Assembly (NCBI GenBank): GCA_043819795.1
Contig: JBDREN010000019.1
Location: 1 to 32,349 of the forward strand
DNA length: 32,349 bases
From: Elusimicrobiota bacterium
Lineage (GTDB): Bacteria; Elusimicrobiota; Elusimicrobia; UBA1565
Direction of reading: 5' to 3'
The notes under the pieces are model-generated. The model saw nothing but the letters and a program-made list of their open reading frames with translations, was not told the origin of the DNA and ran no database searches. Positions 21,401-30,400 of the stretch are shown piece after piece (position 1 is the first letter of the stretch; every line of letters starts with the position of its first letter). Both the position numbers and the translations under genes were made by a program.

Positions 21401-24400
21401 TGGACGCGGTCGCCGTGGTGATGTCCACCGTCACCGTATGGGCGGGCGCCACGGTGACGCTCGTGCAGTCCGTGGGCACGAAGTCGAGGTCCCAGGTCGA
21501 GGCCGAGGACCATGGCCCGCTTTGCGCGCTGGTCAGCGGCCGGCACTCCCAGGTGACCTTATCGTTGGGATCGTCGTCGTGCTTCTCGCCCCACAGGGGG
21601 CCGTGCCTGCCCACGAAGCTCCACTGGAGGTTCGCGTCGCTTCCCTCCACGCGGACGTTATCGGCGGAGGCGAACCCGTGCGACGAGCGCGAGAGCCCGA
21701 AGCCCACGCCGTGGAGGGTGAGCGCGGACGTGAGGTCGCGGGCCGTGATGTAGGCGTTCGCCGCGGAGGCGAACCCCATGTAGTCGAAGGACGTGGTCGC
21801 AATCGAGACGCCGGCGGAGCCCGAGAGCTGCAGGCCGCCGGGGTCCATGTTCGTCATGGAGGAGTATTCGGCGGTGAAGGCGCCCGAGTCCACGAAGGTG
21901 TAGTAGGTGCTGGCGGCGAGCATGTCCACCACCGTGAGCGTGCCGTCCACTCCCTTGAGGACGATCCCGGCGTCCGCGGCCGCGGTCAGCTTGGAGCGGC
22001 CCTCGCGGAAGGAGGAGGCACCGGGCCCGAAAAGGAGGCGCTTCTGCACGTTCTGGTCGCCCGAGGCGGCGATGAGAACGAAGTCGAGTCGGTCGCCCTC
22101 GGCCGGCGAGCCCCCGGCGGTGAAGTCCAGACGGAACTGGGAACTCGACGCCGGAATGTTCTGGTCCGTCACGTTGCCCGGGAAGCTGTCCATGTCCGCC
22201 CCGGAGGAGGAGCCGTCCACGTGCCACTGGCCGCCGCGGTACTCGATGGTGATGAGCTGGCTCAAGGCGTCGGCGTCGTAGGTCTGGTCCACCGCGGCCG
22301 AGTGGCCGGTCCCGCGCACGAGGATGGGGAGGCTGGCGGCGGAGGCGTGGAGCTGGGCGGCGTAGTCCACGGTCAGGGTGCTTCCCGACACCGCGTAATC
22401 GCCCCAGAGGCGGATGGTGCCCGTGTCCGAGCTCTGGTCGTAGGAGATGACGTGGTTGCCTTCCCTGTTGAAGCCGTCGGGGGAGACGCCGTTCGCGGGA
22501 TTGACGCGGACCTGTTTGAGGGTGAGGTCCGAGCTGGTTCCGGTGTCGAGCTGGAACTCGCCCGTGGCGTTTGGGGAGGACTCTCCTGACGGGGTGTAGC
22601 CGAGGCTCCCTCCCACCAACGAGTCGCCTGAGGCGTTCCGGACATAGATGCCGAGCGAGTTGTTGAAGGAGTTGTTCGAGATCAAAGCGCTGTCCGAGAA
22701 GCTGTCTAGATAGATGCCGAAGCTCGAGTTGGCGTAGACGTTGTTCAGGGCCAACGTGTCGTCCGACGAGTTCGAGATGTAGACGCCGTAGCCCGCGTTC
22801 GAATAGACGTCGTTGGACTCCAGGGCGCTGCTCGAGGAGCTGACCAGATACATTCCGTGGGTCGAGTTGCAGTACGAGGCGTTCGAGACGAAGATGTTGT
22901 TGTTCGAGTTGCCGGACAGGTAGATGCTGCGGTTGGTGTTCGAGTAGGAACGGTTCCCGGTCAGGATGCTGTCGGAGGCGCCTGAGAACCGGATGCCGTA
23001 GTTCCAGTTGGCGTAGGAGTTGTTCGCATCGAGGGTGTTGCCGGAAGAGGTCCGGATATAGATCCCGTCGAGCGCGTTCTTGTAGACGAGGTTCCGCGCG
23101 AGATCGGCGGCCCCTTCCGTCACGTAGACGCCGGTGTATCCTTCCCGGATGGTCGAGCTCGAAATGGAGCCCCGCACGCCCGCGCCGTCGAAGGTGATGC
23201 CGTACTTGGACGAGGCCAAGGCGCCCAGGTAGGCGAACTCGCCGTATGCGAGGCTGAAGCTCGTGGCGTTCCGGGCCAGGTTCTGGATATACGAGCTGTT
23301 GGCCGCGGTATCGGTGCCGGAGGAGCGCACCAGCGCGTTCCGCGTCAGGTTGGCGACGACGATGGGGCTCGTGTCCGTCAGGATGTGATCGCTCAAGAGC
23401 GCGTCGGACCAAGAGACGGTCAGCGGATCGGTCCCCGAGATGCCGGTGACGATCCTCTCCTCGGTGGCGTCCGGGCCGGCGCCGCTGGTCGGGCCGATGG
23501 TGATGGCGTCGCCCGCCTGCCAGCCGGCGGCGCTGGAGGCCGGGATCGTGAGGCTCGTTACTCCCGCCGAGATGCTGCTCAGCGCCAGGCCGTAGGGAGA
23601 CTTGGTGGATCCGCGGACCGTGAAGTCGCCGCCGTCCTCCACGATGAGGCCGTACTGGCCCGCCGAGCTCCCGTAGGCCAGGACGAGGTGGGCGGTCGTC
23701 CCCGACGGGATGGGGGCGGCCTCCGTGCCCATGTCCAGATGGCCGCCGGCCTCGACCGTCAGGTCGCCGCCCACGAGCGTCAGGCTGGAGTGGCTCACCC
23801 GGCTGAACTTCAGGGTCCCCCGTACGGTCGTCGCGGCCGCGGTGGCGTCCGTGTCGTCCACCGTCACCGTATGGCCGGAGGCGACGGTGACCGGGTTGCA
23901 GGCTTGCGGCTTGAGGCCCAGGTCCCAGGTGGTGCCCGCCGACCAATCCCCGGTCTGCGCGCTCGCGGTCGGGCCGCAGGTCTGCCACACGACCTTGTTG
24001 TTCGCGTCATCGTCATAGTCCTCGCCCCAGAGCGCGCCGCCCGCGGTGTTGAACGCCCATCCGAGACCCGAGTCGGTCCCCTCCACGCGGACGTTGTAGG
24101 CGGAGTCGAAGCCGTGCGAGCTGCGGCTGAGCCCGAATGTCACGCTGCTCATCGCGACGCTTGAAGTGAGGCTTCGTGCCGTTATGTAGGCGTTGGTGCC
24201 CGATGCGAAGCCGAGGTAGTCGAAGGTCGAATCGGACAGGCTCACGCCCCCGCTGCCCGAGAGCTGCATGCCGCCGGGGTCCATGTTCGTCATCGAGGAG
24301 TACTGGGCGGTGAACGCGCCCGAATCCACGAAGGTGTAGTAGGTGCTTCCGGCGAGCATGTCCACCAAGGTGTGGGCGCCGTCGACGCCCTGCAGCACGA

Positions 24401-27400
24401 TGCCGGCGTCGGGCGCGATGGTCAGCTTGGAGCGGCCGTCGTGGAACGGGGAGACCGAGGGCCCGAAGAGAAGCTGCTTCTGAACGTTCTGGTCCTCGGA
24501 GGCCGCGAGCAGGGCGAAGTCCAGCCTGTCGCCGTCCTCCGGCGAGCCGCCTTGGCTCAGGGCCAGCTCGAACTGGGTGAAGTCCGTGGGAGAGGCGCAG
24601 GTGCCGGGCGTGATGGCGCCGAGGACGCCGGAGGATGAGCCGAGCACCCGCCAGGCCCCGGCCGCGCGCTCGATGGTGATGACCTGGCCGAGGGCCTCGG
24701 CGTCGCTTGTCGAGCAGACCTCGGCCGAGTGGCCGGTCCCGCGCATGAGCCTGGGCGCGGTGGCGGTGGACGCGTAGAGCCGGTTCGCGTAGGCGAGGGT
24801 CAAGGTCTCGCCCGAAAGCGTGCAGTCGCCCCAGACGCGGACCGTGCCCGTGTCCAGGTGATGGTTGTAGGAGAGCAGGCAGTTGCCCTCCCGGTTGAAG
24901 CCGTCCATAGAAAGGCCCGCGGCCGGGTTGACGCGGACGCCCTCCAGGGTGAGGCTCTCGCTGTTCGAGGTGTTGAAGTAGATCTCGGCGGTGGCGTCGG
25001 GAAGGCCCGCGCCGGAGGCGTCGTAGCCGAGGCCGTCTCCGGCCAGAAGGTTCGCCATGGAGCTGTCGGGGTAGACGCCGTAGCCCGAGTTGGCGTACAC
25101 GTTGTTGGATACGAGGGTGTTGCTCGAGGAGCCGGAAAGATAGGCCCCATGGCTCGAGTTGTAGTAGAGGCTGTTGCCGGCGAGCGTGTTGCTCGAGGAG
25201 TCCGTCAAGGAGACTCCTTCGGTCAGGTTCAGGTAGGACTCGTTCGATGTCAACGTGTTTCGTGACGAGCCGTTGAGGTCTATGCCGGCGTCCGAGTTGC
25301 AGTAGGAGCCGTTGGATTCCAGGGTATTGTCCGGCGCGTTGAGAAGAGCGATCCCCTCGGCCGCGTTGGAGAAGGCCTTGTTTGAGCTTAGGACGTTGCC
25401 GGAGGAGCCCGAGGAGGCCAGGTAGAAGCCGCCGGCCGAGTTGGCGTAGGAGTCGTTCGACGTGAGGTCGTTGCCGGAGGCGCCGTCGAGATGGACGCCA
25501 TGGCTCGCGTTGTCGTAAACGAGGTTGCGCGCGAGGGTGTTGCCCGAGGCCCCGGAGAGATATATCCCCCGGTACCCTTGCCTCACGGTCGAGCTGGAGA
25601 TCGAGCCTTGGACGCCCGCCCCGTCGAACGCGATGCCGTATCTGCCGGAAGCGTTCGCTCCCAGGTGGGCGAACTCGCCGTAGGTGAGGCTGAAGCTGGT
25701 CGCGTTTTGGGCCAGGTTGCGGATATAGGCGGTGTCGCCGCCCGTATCCGTCCCCGAGGAGCGCACGAGGACGTTCCGGGTCAGATTGCCCGCGCGGATC
25801 GTGCTCGTCGTGTAGTGGTCGTCTGAGAAGTTCAGATTCACCGTCACCACGGCGCCCGCGATCCCCGTTATCGTGCGCTCTTCGGTCGTGCCCGCGCCGT
25901 CGCCCTGCGTGGGCCCGATGGTGATGACGTCGCCGACTTCCCACGCGGTGGGCGCGGCGGACAGGGTGAGCTGATTGTCCGACGTTGTGAGGTCGCCGAT
26001 GGCGACGGAGGCCGGGGTCTTGGTCGCTCCCCGCACCGTGAAGTCGCCTCCGTCCTGGACGATGAGGCCGTATTGTCCGGCCACCGTGCCTGAGGCGAGG
26101 ATCAGGTGCGCCGTCGTGCCGGAGGGTATGGGATCGGCCTCGGTGCCCATGTCCAGGTGTCCGCCGGCCTCGACCGTGAGGTCGCCGCCCACCAGCGTCA
26201 GGCTGGAGTGGCTCACGCGGCTGAAAGCGAGCACTCCCTGGACGGTCGTCGTGGAAGCCGTGGCCGTCGTGACGGCCACGGTGACCGTATGGCCGGCCGC
26301 GACCACGGCGCCGTTGCAGGCGGCGGGCGCGAAGCCGTGGTCCCAGGTGGAGGCCGAGGACCATGCTCCGCTCTGCACGCTGGTCAGCGTCTTGCACTCC
26401 CAGAGCACCTTGTTGTTCGGGTCGTCGTCGCGCTCCTCGCCCCATATCGGGCCGAGTCTGCCCCAGAAGAGCCACTGGAGGCTCGAATCGGGTTGCTCCA
26501 CGCGCACGTTGTGGGCGGAGTCGAAGCCGTGCGAGGAGCGCGACAGCCCGAAGGTGACGTCATAGAACGTGCCGACCGAGGCCAGGTCCCGGGCCGTGAT
26601 GTAGGCGTTGGTCCCGGAGGCGAAGCCCAGGTAGTCGAAGGTCGAGGTCGTTATGGAGACGCCGGCCGTGCCCGAAAGCTGTATGCCGCCCGGGTCCATG
26701 TTCGTCATGGAGGAGTACTCGGCCGTGAACGCTCCCGAGTCCACGAAGGCGTAGTAGGTGCTCCCGGCGAGCATGTCCACCAAAGTGTGCGCGCCGTCCA
26801 CGCCCTTGAGAACGACGCCGGCGTCGGCGGCGACCGTGAGCTTGGAGCGCCCGTCGCGATAGGAGGCGGCGGATGGCCCGAAGAGGAGCTGTTTTTGGAC
26901 GTTCTGGTCCTGCGAGGCGGCGACAAGGACGAAGTCCACGCGGTCTCCTTCCTGGGGCGAGCCGCCGTCGGTGAAGTCCACGGTGACCTGGGCATTGGAG
27001 CTCGGGATGGCGAGGTCGGTCGGCGAGCCCGTGAAGGGGCTGATCATATCCACTCCCGAGGATGAGCCGTCCACGTGCCACTCGCCGGAGCGGAACTCGA
27101 AGGTGATGAGCTGGCTCAGGGCGTTCGCGTCGCCTGTCGAGTCGATGGAGACCGAATGTCCGGTCCCGCGCATGAGCCGGGGGGTGGTGGCCGTGGAGGC
27201 GTAGAGCCGCGTCGAGTGATCCAACGCCAAGGTGCTCCCGTAGAGCAGGTAGTCTCCCCAAACGCGGACCGTTCCCGTGTCGAGGTCCTGGTTATAGGAA
27301 ACCAGGTAGTTGCCCTCCTTGTTGAAGCCGCTTATGGAAAGGCCGGCCGCGGGGTTGATCCGCGCGCCCTTGATCGTCAGGTCCTCGGCGCCGGAAGGGT

Positions 27401-30400
27401 CGAAGTAGAGCTCGGCCGTGGCGTTCGGCCGGTCGGCCCCGGTATCGTCGTAGCCGAGCCGGTCCTCAATGAGGATGTTGCCGCCGGAGTCCTTGAGGTC
27501 GATGCCGTAGGAGGAGTTGGCGTAGATGTTGTTGGCTATGAAGGTGTTGTGGTCGGAGGAGCTGTCCAGGAAGGCGCCCTGGAGCGTGTTGGAATACACG
27601 GCGTTGGAAGCCAAGGTATTGCTTGACGACTGGGAGAGATATAGTCCGCGGGAGCCGTTGGAGTACGCGCTGTTGGCGCTGAGGGTGTTGTCGTCCGAGG
27701 ACGAGTCCAGATGGACTCCGTTCGCGTTCGAGTATAAACGGTTGTCCGAGAGCGTGTTGTTGGAGGATCCGGTGAGGAAGACTCCGTCGCCCTGGTTGGA
27801 GAAGGACCTGTTCGACGCGAGGGTGTTGCCCGATGAGCCCGAGAGGTAGAAGCCGTATGACTCGTTGGCCTGGACGCAGTTCTCTGTGTACGTATTGCCG
27901 GACGAGTTCGAGAGAAAGACGCCGTGCGCGGAGCTCTTGTGGATCAGGTTGCGCTCGAACGCGTTGGCGCCGGTCGCGGAGGTATGGATCCCCCTGTATC
28001 CATGCCTGAGCGTCGAGCTCGAGATCGATCCCTTCACGCCGGTCCCGTCGAACGTGACGCCGTACTTGCCGGAGGCGTTCGCGCCCAGGTAGGCGAGTTC
28101 GCCGTATGCTAGGTCGAAGCTCGTGGTGTTCTGGGCCAGGTTCCTGATGTAGGCGCTGTTGGCCCCCGCCCCGTCCACGATCGCGCCGGAGGAGCGCACC
28201 AGCACGTTGCGCGTGAGATTGGCCACGATGATGGGGCTGGTGTCGGTCAGGACGCGGGCGCTGGCGAGCGTGCCGCTCCAGGCCACGGTGAGCGTGGCGC
28301 CGCCGCTGATGTCCGTGATGATCTTCTCTTCGGTGGCGCCCGTGCCGCTGCCGCCGGTCGGGCCGATGGTGATGGCGTCGCCCACAGCCCAGGCCGTGGC
28401 GCTGGAGGCGGCGATGTCCAGCTGAGTCGCGCTCGCCCCGATGCCGGCCAGCGCGAATCCGTAGGGCGACTTGGTCGCTCCGCGGACCGTGAAGTCGCCG
28501 CCGTCCTGGACGATGAGGCCGTATTGTCCGGCCACCGTGCCCGAGGCTAGGATGAGGTGCGCCGTCGTGCCGGAGGGTATGGGGTCGGCCTCGGTCCCCA
28601 TGTCCAAGTGGCCGCCCGCCTCCACCGTGATGTCTCCGCCGACCAACGTGAGGCTCGACTGCGCGACGCGGCTGAACGTGAGCGTTCCCGAGACGGTCGT
28701 CGTGGAGGCCGTCGCCGTGGTGGTGCCCACGGTGACCGTGTGGCCGGCCGTGATCGTGACCGCGTTGCAGCCGGTGGGGACGAAACCCGAGTCCCATAGC
28801 AAAGCCGCCGACCAGTCGCCGCTCTGGACGCTGGCGGGCGCGAAGTCGCAGATATCGTCCGTCCAGCTCACCTTGCCGTTGGGATCATCGTCGTAGACCC
28901 CGCCCCACCGGTCTCCCAGAAGGGCGCTCGTGCCCGTGAAGGTCCAGTCCAGCCCCGCGTCGCCGCCCTCCACCCGGACATTGTGGGCCGAGTCGAATCC
29001 CTGAGAGCTGCGGCTCAGGCCGAAGCTCACCCTAGGGAAGATGGCCGTGGAAGTGATGTCCCGGGCCGTGATGTAGGCGTTGGTGCCCGAGGCGAAGCCC
29101 AGGTAGTCGAAGCTCGACGTCGATATCCATACCCCGTCCGAGCCCGAGAGCTGTATGCCTCCGGGGTCCATGTTCGTCATCGAGGAGTGTCCGGCGGTGA
29201 ACGCCCCCGAGTCCACGAAGGTGTAATAGGTCCCGCCGGCGAGCATGTTCGTCACCGTATAGGCTGTCTCCATGCCCTGGAGCACGACGCCTCCGTCGGC
29301 CTCCACGCGAAGCCTGGAGCGGCCGTCCCGGAAAGAGGACGCGGACGGTCCGAAAAGGAGCTGTTTCTGTAGGTTCTGCACTGGCGAGGCGGCTAGCAAG
29401 GCGAAATCGAGCCTGTCGCCGTCTTGCGGCGAGCCGCCCTGGCTCAAGGCCAGGCCGAACTGCGTGAAGTCGGTAGGGCCGGCGCAGGTGCCCGGGGAGA
29501 TGGCGCCCAGGGCGCCCGATGAGGAGCCGCGCACCTGCCAGGAGCCGGACACGCGCTCGATGGTGATCAGTTGGCTCAGGGCGTCGGCGTCGCTCGTGGA
29601 GCAGACCTCGGCCGAATGGCCGGAGCCGCGCATGAGCTTGGGCGTCGTGGCCGTGGAGGCGTAGAGCCGGGTGGCGTAGTCGAGCGTCAGCGTGCTCGCC
29701 GAGACCAGGTAGTCGCCCCAGAGCCTCAGCGTGCCCGTGTCGAGGTCCTGGTCGTAGGACAGGAGATAGTTGCCCTCGCGGTTGAAGCCCGCCGTGGAGA
29801 TGCCCACTGCCGGATTGACCCGGACGCCCTTGAGGACGAGGTCCTCGCTCTCGGCGGTGTCGAAGTAGATTTCGGAGGTGGCGTTGGCGGCGGTCGCGCC
29901 CGCCTGGTCGTAGCCGAAGCCTCCTCCCGCGACCGTGGTGGTGGACGCCCCGTCAACGTAGAGGCCGTAGCGGGAGTTGGAGTAGAAGCGGTTGGAGACC
30001 AGAGTGCTGTTCGAGGTGCCGCTCGACCAGAAGCCATCGAAAGAGTTCGAGTGGACGTCGTTCGAGGCGAACGCGTTGCCGTCGGAGTCGAAGGCGGCGA
30101 TGCCGGAGCCGGAGTTGTCGTGGACGCCGTTGGCGACGAAGCTGTTGTCATCGGAGGATGCGCTGAGCACGATGCCGTAGGCGGTGTTGGAGTGGGCCTC
30201 GTTCCCGTCCAGCGTGTTGTTCGATGAGCCGCCGAGCCCGATGCCGGAGTCGTTGTCGTAGGCCGCGTTTCCGGCCACCGTGTTCTTGGAGCTCCCGTTC
30301 AGCCAGATGCCCCTGGAAGCGTTCAGATAGACGGTGTTGGAGGTCAGCGTGACCTCCGAGGAGGAGCCGATCTCGATGCCGTCGTCCGCGTTCAGGTAGG